A stretch of DNA of 44,190 bases from Candidatus Entotheonella sp. DD2 (lineage in GTDB: Bacteria; Tectomicrobia; Entotheonellia; Entotheonellales; Entotheonellaceae): positions 808,198-852,387 of the forward strand of contig CAZZSM010000001.1 in the NCBI GenBank assembly GCA_964656735.1, written 5' to 3'. The notes under the pieces are model-generated. The model was not told where the DNA came from. It ran no database searches and saw only the letters and a list, made by a program, of their open reading frames with translations. Position 1 is the stretch's first letter. Every line of letters starts with the position of its first letter. The position numbers and the translations under genes were made by a program. Of the stretch, positions 8,601 to 24,424 are shown piece after piece.

Positions 8601-11600
8601 CGATGGGGCGGCGAGTTCCTCCAGGAGCTGGTGGGTCAAAGGGGCCTCTTGCCATGTGGTTTGGGGCAGCATCACATCCACACTGCGGCAGGTGAGATCG
8701 CCGTACTCTTGAGGGATTACGGTCACCGGACCGAGTAGGGTTGCCTTTTCCGGATAAAGCCATGCTTCGCCCGCCACTTCTTGCATGTTATTGGAACAAA
8801 CGGTGAGGTGACAGGGCTCAGCACGATTCTGCCGGCCTAGGGCTTGGGCCAGAAAGAGCAAGCTGTGGAAGCCACGCCTTTGCACCTCGTCCACCCATTC
8901 CAGTCCGCCCACTTGAGGCTCGGCGACGCTCCACAAATGCACGATGTGGGGCGGGATCGATCCCAGGTCGTTAAACAGCGCATCGTAGTCATCGGGGACG
9001 CCGGGGTTGAGGACGTAACGGTCCTCTGCTTGCTTGCCGAATGCGTCTCCCGCCTGCACGGCGATCACTTGCTGACCAACCTGCAGCAGTCGTTCCATCA
9101 GCCGCTCGCCCACGTGGCATCTATCCATCAAGATCAGAACAGGGCCTTGCAGGGTGGCAGCGGTGATCAGCGGGGTGCGCTTCCAAACCGGGACGTAAAA
9201 CCAATCGGCCATGTCCGGCTTTTTGCCCGGTTGAGGTGTGGTCTGCATGTTGATGCTATCTGGTTGCACTGCATCTACCTGTTGCACCGTATCCAATGGA
9301 CGGTCAATCCAACAGCGTTGACGCTCAAAGGGATAAGTCGGCAAAAGCACCCGGCACCGCTGTTGATCGGCATAGAAACCCGGCCAATCGACCTTGCAGC
9401 CGTGCATCCAGAGCTGTCCCAGCGTTTTCAGCCCAAACGCCACATCCGAGTCGGCTTGTTGCGGATGGCGCACAGACGTGAGCACCACCTGCCCGGCGGC
9501 TTTGCCCGGGTGTTGGTTCACCAGGGTGCTCAGCGTCCGCCCGGGACCGACCTCCAGCAGGATTTGCTCCGCATCCTGCTGTTGTATGGTCTCCACGCCC
9601 TGGGCAAATCGGACCGGGCTGCGCAAGTGCCGAGCCCAATAGGTGGGATCGGTCGCATCGGCCGCAGTCATCCAAGTGCCCGTAACGTTGGACACATAAG
9701 GCAGTTGCGGCGGGTTAAGGCGAACGCGTTGCAAGCGCGCGGTGAAGGGTTGCAGAATGGGCTCCATCATCTGGGAATGGAAAGCATGAGAGGTGTGCAA
9801 ACGGCGGCATGGAATTTTCTGCTCAGTGAGTTGCTGCTGCAAAGCGTCGATGGCGTCTCCGGGCCCCGACACCACACAACGGGAGGGGCCATTGATCGCC
9901 GCCAGCGACAGGGTCTGGCCCAGCAGGAGATATACCTCGTGCTCAGGCAAGGGGATGGCGAGCATGGCGCCACCGGGGAGCTGCTGCATCATCTGCCCGC
10001 GCGCCGCCACCAGCGCCAGGGCATCTTCCAGAGAGAAAACCCCGGCCAAGGTGGCCGCGACATATTCACCGATGCTGTGTCCAATGGCCGCTTTCGGGTG
10101 TACGCCCCACGATTGCCAGAGCTGCGCCAGAGCGTATTCCATGACAAAGAGAGCGGGTTGGGTAATTGCGGTTTGCTCGAGTTGGTGTGCGGCGTCGCCC
10201 GTCAGCTCGTCCTGGGGATAGAGGACCGTGCGCAGGTCCAATCCCAGGTGGGGTTGCAACATCTCACAACACCGCTCGACCTGCTCGCGAAACAGGGGTT
10301 CGCTTTGGTAGAGATCCCGTCCCATATTGACATATTGCGAACCCTGTCCGGAAAACATGAAGACGACCGGCCGCGTCTTGTCTCCCACCATGCCAGTCAA
10401 CACCCGCTGCGCATCCAAGCCGCTCAGCGCTCTGGCTGCATCATCGGGAGCCGAACACACCAAGATCCGCCGATGGGAGAACGCAGTGCGCCCCACGCTC
10501 AGAGTGTAGGCCACATCGGCCAGATTGCAGTCGGCATGTTGTTGTAGGTGAGCCGCGAGATCAGCGCTTGCCGTGTCAAGGGCGGACGGAGTCCGGGCGG
10601 AGAGGAGCAGGAGTTGCCAGGGTTTTCCCGGCGCCTCGGTTGCTATTGTTTCCTGCGCCACCGCAGGCGCTTCTTCGACAATCACGTGGGCATTGGTGCC
10701 CCCAATGCCAAACGAACTCACGCCCGCACGGCGAGGGATGCCGTTGCTTTTCCACTCGGCGAGGGAGGTCTTGACGTAGAACGGACTATTGGCAAAATCG
10801 ATCTGCGGATTGGGCTGCTCAAAGTTCAAACTGGGCGGTAGCTGTTTGTGTTGCAACGCCATGACCGTCTTGATGAGTCCCGCCACCCCGGCCGCAGTAT
10901 CCAGGTGACCGATGTTCGTTTTCACTGCACCAATGGCACAGAAGCCCGTTTTCTGCGTGCTCTGCCGGAACGCCCGGGTCAGGGCGGCGATTTCGATCGG
11001 ATCGCCCAGCGGCGTTCCCGTGCCGTGGGTCTCCACGTAGGAGATGGTCTCGACATCCACCTCGGCCAGGGATTGGGCTTCGAGAATGACTTCGGCTTGC
11101 CCGGTCACACTCGGCGCGGTATAGCCCACTTTCTGTGAGCCGTCATTGTTGATGGCAGAGCCTTTGATCACGGCATAGATGCGATCGCCGTCAGCCACTG
11201 CATCTTCGAGCCGTTTCAGCATCACCAGACCAACGCCATTGCCGATCGTGGTGCCTTGTGCGTTAACGTCAAAGGCGCGGCAGTGTCCATCCGGCGACAT
11301 CACCATGCCTTCCTGATACAAATACCCGGTTTTCTTGCTGTGCATGGACGGTCACCCCCCCCGGCCCAGGCCATCTCGCACTGATAAGTCAGCAAGCTCT
11401 GGCAGGCCATGTGCACGGCCACCAAAGAGGTAGAGCAGGCGGTATTGACATAGACACTGGGGCCGGTCAGGTTCAACTTGTAGGACACCCGCGTGGGCAT
11501 CGCGTCGTTCTCATTGCCAATCGCGATTTGAAACCCACCCATCATCCGGTTCAGTTCGGGGTTCGGGTACAGATGGGTCAAAAAATAGGTATTCGTCCCC

Positions 11601-11983
11601 GCTCCCGCGTAGACGCCAATGCGCCCGGCGTAGGCGTCCGGGGCATAACCGGCCTGTTCCAGGATTTCCCAGGCACACTCCATGAAAAGGCGTTGCTGGG
11701 GATCGAGCAGTTCAGCCTCCCGAGGCGAATAGCCAAAAAACGCGGCATCGAACAGCTCGATGTCGGACAGCACGCCTTTGGCCCGCACATAGTTGGGGTG
11801 GTTGAAAACGGTCGGATCGACGCCGGAAGCACGCAATTCCGCATCGCTGAAAAAGGAGATGGATTCGATACCATCGCGCACATTTTGCCAAAACGCGTCG
11901 ACCGTGTTGGCTCCCGGAAACCGGCAAACCATGCCCCTAATGGCAATGCCGTCCAAGGCGTCTTGCATGTCCTCCAGGTTCAT
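5619..11983 (-). CDS. Terminal cis-AT PKS module KS-AT(malonyl)-KR-DH-ACP-TE, split by a frameshift at ~11335-11362 (ORFs 11300-11983 and 5619-11345)
   Basis: KS NTACSTS lies in the upstream ORF, with HGTGT and IGHL in the downstream ORF. AT GHSIG and HAFH; KR GGLGGIG and DYCAAN; DH HRLVGQATLP and HPTLLD; ACP GGDSL; TE GWSLG and GDH. Confidence 0.88.
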
Positions 11984-12019
11984 TCAGACATCTCCATGTC
12001 CAGGCATGTTAGTATCAAT

Positions 12020-13129
12020 TTAAAAATAAGATTGGAGCTCGCCTCTTCTACGAATATCTAAGGTAGCGCAATGAAAAGAGCCACCAAACGCGTTGAAATT
12101 GCAGAAGTTACACAGAATAGGTTTGAATCCCCAGTCTTTTAAGGCTTTAATAAGGGGCGCTTCATGTTTTTCAACCATGATGCGTTTCTCATCTAGCATC
12201 AATATATTCATACTAATCCACTTCGTACTCATGTAAAGCGGTATATGATCAGGAATACAGGGTTCCGGTGCATATAACACATCCCAGGACTTCACGATAT
12301 CCGGCAGCCGCCCCATTTTCATGGGATTGAGTAAGAGCTTACCCGGAGCAAGTGGCATAAACGTTGCGTCAATATGCATAGCGCCCGGATCGTTTACATC
12401 AAGTTCATGGATCGTATACTGAGAACCTAAATGCCGCTTCAGCCACTCAATCCCTAAACTGTTCGTCACTTGACTTTTCTGTACGAAAATGTCTTTCCCG
12501 CACCTCATAAAGTCAGCTGCATCAAATGTGGGTTCAAACTCCGTGATGGCGTACGCTTGATCTTCGCCCTGATGGCCGGGATGCTCACGGTAATCATAGT
12601 TGTACTGCGCATCGACTAATTGAGGTTTTGGAGCTGCGACCCACTTTGCTCCTTTGCGAAAATAGTCTGTCAGCAAGGGGCGATAAGCCTCGATTTCAAA
12701 ATACCTGGAGCGCCAGGCCATAGGCGCCTCAATCAGTTCATTGCCGATGACGAGCAAGAGGTCTCTTGGCATGGCCGCGTAGAGGCCACCGGCACTCTTC
12801 CAATTGGGCGTGGCATACGGCCGGGTAAAGTCGATGACGTCGGGGCGGCGCACCGTCACGCCTTCCGCCTCTAAGATATGGGCAAATGCCTCCAGTTCCT
12901 GTCTGGCAGCCGCGACTTGTTCTTTTGGGAAGGGTTGCCCGCCATGGGTTTGAAAAAACGGGAACTGCTGAGCGGGCATGGTCGCTTCCAGCGTGATATG
13001 CCACGATGGCACCGCCGCCCCATCGATCACCCCCACGATGACTTCTTCTAAGGGATCCCACTCATTGAACGAGTTCACGATGGGGAATTCCTGTATTCTC
13101 AAATGCGTCTGTTTCATATGTGCTAGCAT
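12020..13129 (-). CDS. L-arginine:amine amidinotransferase (glycine amidinotransferase/CyrA/SxtG/AmtA family)
   Basis: NSFNEWDPLEEVIVG, MPRD, FDAAD, MHID and GGSFHC (Asp-His-Cys triad). The start is probably 13129 or 13117, not 13387, which would overlap the NRPS. Confidence 0.93.
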   Translation of the reverse strand: MLAHMKQTHLRIQEFPIVNSFNEWDPLEEVIVGVIDGAAVPSWHITLEATMPAQQFPFFQTHGGQPFPKEQVAAARQELEAFAHILEAEGVTVRRPDVIDFTRPYATPNWKSAGGLYAAMPRDLLLVIGNELIEAPMAWRSRYFEIEAYRPLLTDYFRKGAKWVAAPKPQLVDAQYNYDYREHPGHQGEDQAYAITEFEPTFDAADFMRCGKDIFVQKSQVTNSLGIEWLKRHLGSQYTIHELDVNDPGAMHIDATFMPLAPGKLLLNPMKMGRLPDIVKSWDVLYAPEPCIPDHIPLYMSTKWISMNILMLDEKRIMVEKHEAPLIKALKDWGFKPILCNFCNFNAFGGSFHCATLDIRRRGELQSYF

Positions 13130-13232
13130 GCCTTTCTTTTTGTCGCATCGAACCATCTCTGAAAACTTAAGTTCCACATCCTCTTCATGACCCTCTCCTG
13201 ACCTAGGCCCAACAGAAAGGTGAGCGTGCTGC

Positions 13233-17872
<4,640 letters not shown>

Positions 17873-17879
<7 letters not shown>

Positions 17880-20800
17880 TCTTCGTCCTCTTCATCTTCC
17901 AGCACTTGTCCCAAGGGCAGCATATGGCGAGCGGCTGCGAGCGCCTTAATATGTTCGGCTAGGCTTGCCACGGTAGGACGTTCAAAGAGCTGACGCAGGG
18001 GTAGCGCGATCTCGAAAGCATTGCAAAGACGAGCGATCACCTGAGTGGCCAAGAGCGAATGACCGCCGATATGAAAGAAGTTGTCGTCAACGCCGATTTT
18101 TTCCAGGCCAAGTACCGCACACCAGACGGCGGCGATCGTTTCTTCCGTATCGTTGCGCGGCGGTGTATAACGGGCTTCAAGGCCCAGACTCAAGGCATCC
18201 GGTGCCGGTAAGACGTGGCGGTCCACCTTGCCACTGGGGGTCAATGGCAGGGCATCCAATGGCACAAACGCCGAGGGGATCATATAGTCCGGCAGCCGGT
18301 TCCGGAGGAAGGTGCGCAAGGCTGCCATGTCGCCGTTCGGCAAGGTGGTGACAACATACGCGATCAGCCGTTTATCACCGGGCCGATCTTCTCTCACCAC
18401 GACCACGTTCTCCCGCACATCCGGGTGCTGACTTAGCACCACCTCGACCTCGCCCAGCTCAATGCGAAAACCGCGCAGCTTCACCTGGGTATCCATGCGG
18501 CCCAGGAACTCGATGACCCCATTGGGCAACCAGCGCGCCAGGTCTCCGGTGCGATACAACACCCCCTCGCCATACGGGTTGGGCACAAAGCGCTCCGCCG
18601 TCAGACTAGCTCGATTGAGGTAGCCCCGCCCCACCCCATGGCCGCCCGCGCACAGCTCGCCCGCGACCCCAATCGGTACCGGTTGAAGCCAGGCGTCGAC
18701 AATATACACCTGCGTATTGGCTATCGGACCGCCAATTGGCACCGACGACGCTATGGGATCGTCAGCCGATACCGCATAGCAGCACGTGAATGTCGTGTTC
18801 TCAGTCGGACCATAGCCGTTGATCAGTTGACACCCCGGCAGCTCCCGCAACACCCGCTGCACATGGGGTACCGAGAGCACATCGCCGCCGGCCAGCAATT
18901 GGCGCAGGGGGCGCAAATCCGACAGGCGCTCCTCCACCATCACATGAAACAGCCCGGCCGTTAGCCATAGCGTCGTCACCTGATGCTGCTGAACCAGCCC
19001 ACCCAACGCTTCGACCGACAACCCCTGCGGGGGCGGCAGCACCAGACAGCCGCCGTTCAACAGGCTGCCCCACAGCTCCAACGTGGCGGCATCCAAGGAA
19101 ATCGGCGCATATTGCAGGAACACGTCGGCGGCGGTGAGCTGGGCAAAGTTCGTCTCTTTCACCAGCCGCACCACGTTGCGGTGCACGATACCGATGCCTT
19201 TGGGCCGGCCGGTCGAGCCGGACGTGTACATCACGTAGGCCAGGTGATCGGCCGTGATCAGGGGGGTGGGATTGGTGCTGCTGTTGCGAGAAATCCGCTC
19301 CCAGGCTGCATCCACACAGACAATGTCTGCCTCGGTGTTCGGCAGCAGATCACGCAAATGCTGTTGGGTCAAGATCACCGGGGTATGGGTATCGGTCAGC
19401 ATAAAGGCCAGGCGGTCCTGGGGATAAGCCGGATCCAGAGGCACATAAGCCCCGTCCGCCTTGAGAATGCCGAGTATCCCCACCGCCATTTCCAGTGACC
19501 GCTCGATGCACAGACCCACTAGCGTCTCGGGACCGACCCCTAGCGCTTGCAGGTCATGCGCCAGTTGGTTAGCCCGGCGGTTCAAGGCCCGATAGGTCAG
19601 GGATTGGTTCTCAAACACGATCGCCACCGCGTCCGGGGTGCATGCCGCCTGCGCCTCAAATAGCTGATGGATAGGCGTGTTAGAGGGATACTCGCTCTGC
19701 GTTGCGTTCCACTGCACCAACACCTGCTGCCGTTCGGGTTCCGTGAGCAGAGGCAATGCATGCACCGCCTGCTCGGGATTCGCGGCAATGGCTTCTAACA
19801 GCGTCTGGAAATGACCCGCCATACGGGCGATGGTCGCGCTCTCAAATAGATCGCTGTTATATTCCCAATAAGCTCGAAGCCCCTGCTCGGTCTCCTCCAT
19901 TCCCAGCGTCAGATCAAACTTGGCCGTGGTGATCTCAAGCGGCAAGGGACTAATGGTCAACCCGGATAGCTCAAGGGGTTCCATTGGCACATTTTGCAAG
20001 ACAAACATCACCTGAAACACTGGACTATGACTTAGATTCCGTTCGGGTTGCAGGGACTCCACCAGCAACTCGAAAGGGACATCTTGATGCGCATAGGCAT
20101 CTAGAGCGACGCGCTGCACTTGAGCCAGCAATTCGGCGAAGCTGAGATGATCGTGCAACTGGGTACGCAGAACTAACGTATTGACAAAAAATCCAATGAG
20201 CTTCTCGGTCTCTTCGTGGTGACGATTGGCAATCGGCGTGCCGACCACGATGTCTTTCTGCCCACTATAGCGGGCCAGTAACACCTTGAACGCCGCCAAC
20301 AACGTCATAAACAGCGTCGCCCCGGCCTGGCGGCTGAGGGCCGCTAACTGCTGCGTCAAAGCCGCATCCATCGTCCACCACTCAAAAGCCCCGTGAAACG
20401 TCTGCACCGCCGGACGCGCGTGATCCGTGGGCAGCGCCAACAGCGGCGGTGCATCCGCCAACTGGCCGCGCCAGTACTCAAGTTGGGTTTCTAGCACCAC
20501 CCCCTGGAGCCACTGCCGCTGCCAATGTGCAAAGTCGGCGTATTGAATGGTCAGCTCCGGTAGCGGCGATGCGGCACCTTGCGTGAAGGTCTCATAGTGG
20601 ACAGCGAGTTCGCGCCCCAGCACCCCGATTGACCAGCCATCGGTGGCAATGTGATGCTGAGTCAGCAGCAGCACATGCTCCTGGTGGCGCAGCCGCAGCA
20701 GCTTCGCCCGCAACATCAAGTCGCTCGCGAGGTTAAAGGGTTGCTGAAGCTCTTCCCGGGTCATTCGCTGCACCTCAACCTGTTGAGCTTCGCCGGGCAG

Positions 20801-23800
20801 ATGGGACAGATCGACGAGGGGCAGAGGCACAGGCGCAGGGGGGTGAATCACCTGCTGCGGCTCCCCGTCCCCTGCTGTGAAGGTCGTGCGCAGGCTTTCA
20901 TGCCGCCGCACGATTTCGGTCAGCGTGCGCGCCAGGGCATCGACATCGAGCGGCCCCTGGAGGGCCAGGGCGATCGGAATGTGATAGGCTTCACCAGTGC
21001 CGAGTTGGTCCAGCAGCCACAGCCGTTGCTGTGCAAAGGATAGCGGCAGGTGATCTTCGCGTGGCGCCGGCTCGATTTTATCGACCTTGGCATCTGCCTG
21101 AATATGCCCAATGCATGTGGCCAGACCGGCCACCGTGGGTTCCTGAAACAGGCTACGCAGCGGTAACGCGACTGCGAAGGCAGCGCGGATTCTCGAAATG
21201 ACCCGGGTCGCCAGGAGCGAATGCCCCCCTAATTCAAAGAAGTTATCATGCACGCCGATTTGCTCGACGTCGAGGATTTCCGCCCAGATGGCTGCGAGGG
21301 CTGCTTCGGCCGGGTTGCGGGGCGGGACATAGCGCGTTGCCAGTCCCAGCGTGGAAGCATCCGGGGCTGGCAGGGCGCGGCGATCCACCTTACCATTGGG
21401 CGTTAGCGGCAGCGCATCCAAGTGCACGAATACCGCTGGCACCATGTAGTCCGGTAGTTTCTGACGCAAGAAGGCGGCCAGAGGCAGCTCACAAGCCGCT
21501 GGTGTACCCACGACATACGCCACCAACCGCTGATCGCCGGGTTGATCTTCGCGGGCGATGACAACTGCTTCCCGCACCTCGGGATGTTCAGCCAAGGTGA
21601 CTTCAATCTCGCCAAGTTCGATGCGGAAACCGCGTATCTTCACCTGGTTGTCCATGCGGCCCAGAAACTCCATGCGGCCATCTGATAACCAACGCACCAG
21701 GTCCCCCGTGCGGTACAGGCGGCCCGCTCCAAACGGATTCGCAACAAAGCGCTCCCGCGTCAGCTCCTCCCGATGGTAATAGCCTCGAGCCAACCCCGCT
21801 CCACCCAAGTAGAGTTCCCCTGGCGTCCCCACTGGCACCGGACTCAGATGCCGGTCCACGATATACGCCTGCGTATTGGACACCGGACGCCCTATCGTCG
21901 GCTCCGCTGTCGCCCCCTTGGCAATCAGATCCCAGGTGGAATAGGTCGTATCCTCCGAGGGACCGTAGAGATTGAACACCTTCTCGACCGCACCGGAGGC
22001 ATAGACACGCTGCACCAACTCATTCTTGAGCGGCTCACCCGCCAGGTTCACCACCCGCACATTGGCTGGCACCTCGCCACTGCGCACCAATTCCGTCATG
22101 GCCGACGGGACCGTGTTGATCAGCGTGACCGCTTCGGCATGGGGCAAGGTGGGCAGATGCAGCGCATTGTCCGCCAGGATCACGGTGCCGCCTCGGCTCA
22201 AGGTCATGAAGAGTTCAAAGACCGACAGATCGAAACAGATCGAGGTCGAGGCCAGCACTCCGCTCACCTCTTCGGAGGTAAAGACCTGGTGCGACCAAGC
22301 CACCAACGCCACCGGGCTCTGATGTTCAATCGCCACTCCCTTGGGCTGGCCGGTGGAGCCCGAGGTGTAGAGCACATAGGCCAGATGCTGCGAGGTCACC
22401 GGGCTGCTGGGGTTGGTGGCAGGCTGGCTGGCAATGGCGACCCACTCCGTTTCCGGACAGATGGCGCAGGTCGAGTGCTCGGGCAGGTCATGCAGGAAAG
22501 ATGCCTGGGTCAACACCAGCGGCATCTGGGTATCGGCAAGCATAAACGCCAGGCGTTCTTTGGGATAGGCGGGATCGAGGGGCACGTAGGCGCCGCCCGC
22601 CTTGAGAATGGCCAGCAATCCCACCACCATCTCCAGGGAGCGTGGCATGCAAATGCCGACCAGGGTGTCTGGTGCAACGCCTTGCGCTTGGAGGTAGTGG
22701 GCGAGTTGGTTGGCGCGGGCGTTGAGGTCATGGTAAGTCAGGCGCTCATGGGCGTAGATCACGGCGGGCGCATCGGGAGTTCGTGCCACTTGCTGCTCAA
22801 CCAACTGGTGCAGACATGTGTGGGCGGGATAGTCGATAGCAGTATCGTTCCACTCGAACAGTATCTGATGGCGCTCGGCTTCGGTCAACAGCGGTAGCTC
22901 AGCAATGGATAAATCAGGATTCGTTACAATGCCTTCGAGAAGGGTCCGAAAGTGCATCACCAAGCGCTGTATCGTAGTGGCATCAAACAAGTCACTATTG
23001 TAGACGCAGCTCCCTTGCAATGCGCCGCTGACGTCATAGAGATATACTGCGAGATCAAACCGCGTAATGTGAACATCCGTTTCCAGCAGACGCATCTGTA
23101 CATCTGTCAGTTCCATGACGGCTGGCAGCTCGTATTGAAGCTGAAATAAGACCTGAACCAGGGGATTCAGGTTGAGACTGCGCCGTAGTTGCAACTCCTC
23201 CACCAAGCGCTCAAACGGTAAATCCTGGTGCTCGTAAGCCGCACGTGTCACCTGGCGAACCTGATCCAAAAGCTCAAGAAAGGTGGGGGGACACCCGTTG
23301 GACCCGGACAAATCGGCGCGCAGGGCCAGGGTGTTGAGAAAAAACCCGATCAGCGGCTCAAGCTCTTTGTGCGAACGATTGGCAATGGGTGTGCCGACGA
23401 CAAGGTCATCCTGTCCCGTATGGCGATACAGCAACACCTGAAACGCCGCCAACAGCGTCATAAAGAGGGTGGTACCCGCTTGCTGACTCAGGATCTGTAA
23501 CTGTTGCGTCAATATCGCATCGATGTTCATGGCGACCGCACGTCCGCGGTAGCTCTCGCTTGCCGGGCGTGGGCGGTCGGTGGGCAATTCCAGGACCGGC
23601 GGTGCATCGGCCAACTGCTGTTTCCAGTAGGTTAGCTGTTGGTCCAGCACCTCTCCCTGCAGCCACTGGCGTTGCCACTGCGCAAAGTCGGCATACTGGA
23701 TAGGGAGTTTTGGCAATGGCGATGGGCTGCCGTCGACAAATGCCTCGTATAGTGTCGACAGCTCGCGTAAGAGAACCCCTATCGACCAGCCGTCCGAGGC

Positions 23801-24424
23801 AATATGATGCAGGGTCAGCAGCAACACATGTGCCGTTGGCGTCAGCCGCAGCAGCTTGGCGCGTAGCATCATGTCCCGGTTCAGGTCAAAGGGATGTAGC
23901 GCCGCCTCGTGCGCTAACCGCCTCACCTCAGCGTCCTGTTCGCCCGCAGGCAGATGCTGCAAATCGACGATGGGCAGGTCTAAAGTGACATCATCATGAA
24001 TCACCTGGCGCGCTTCGCCATCGATCACGGCAAAGGTGGTGCGCAGACTCTCATGTCGCTGCACGATGTCGTTCAGCGCCCGCGCTAGCGCCGCCACATT
24101 CAGCCTGCCGCTGACCTCGAGATTGGGCGGTGCATTGTAGGCAGGACCAACGTCCAACTGATCCAAAATCCATAACCGCTGTTGCGCAAACGAGAGCGGC
24201 GCGGGACCCGGTTCGGACACGGGCTGGATGGCTGGACGTGTCACACGTTGCTGCTGGGCCTGTTGCAAGAAGGCGAGAATCTCCTCCTTTCGCGTCCGGA
24301 GATCATCAAGCCAATTCGGTGTGAGCACACCCGGTGGCGCACTATAGCCCAAATAGCCGTCATCGTCCCAGAGCTTGACGTCCAGACGATCGAGATCAGC
24401 CAAAAACTCACCGATGGGTTTCAT
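17873..24424 (-). CDS. Bimodular NRPS: docking domain, C-A(Ala)-PCP-C-A(Val)-PCP
   Basis: HHIASDG and HHIATDG; codes DLFNNALTYK (Ala) and DALWLGGTFK (Val); two GGHSL PCPs; ATGA overlap with the upstream PKS. Confidence 0.93.
19400..19755 (-). repeat. Dispersed near-identical segment, copy 1 (N-terminal part of the Val A domain); copy 2 at ~38000-38356
   Basis: agagggatactcgctctgcgttgcgttccactgcaccaacacctgctgccgttcgggttccgtgagca occurs at ~19682 and ~38283, with highly similar flanks. Confidence 0.8.

Noticed and set aside
8844-10547. Long plus-strand ORFs antisense to the synthases (567 aa here; also 21773-22897 and 30820-31941)
   Set aside because: These are shadow frames of GC-rich coding DNA with no recognisable motifs.
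11340-11365. Programmed ribosomal frameshift in the KS
   Set aside because: Restoring the consensus needs two separate corrections, and no stimulatory structure was identified.
12020-13129. Cylindrospermopsin, saxitoxin, miraziridine or cyclotheonamide pathway
   Set aside because: No Arg, Tyr or Phe A-domain codes are present, and the module architectures do not fit.
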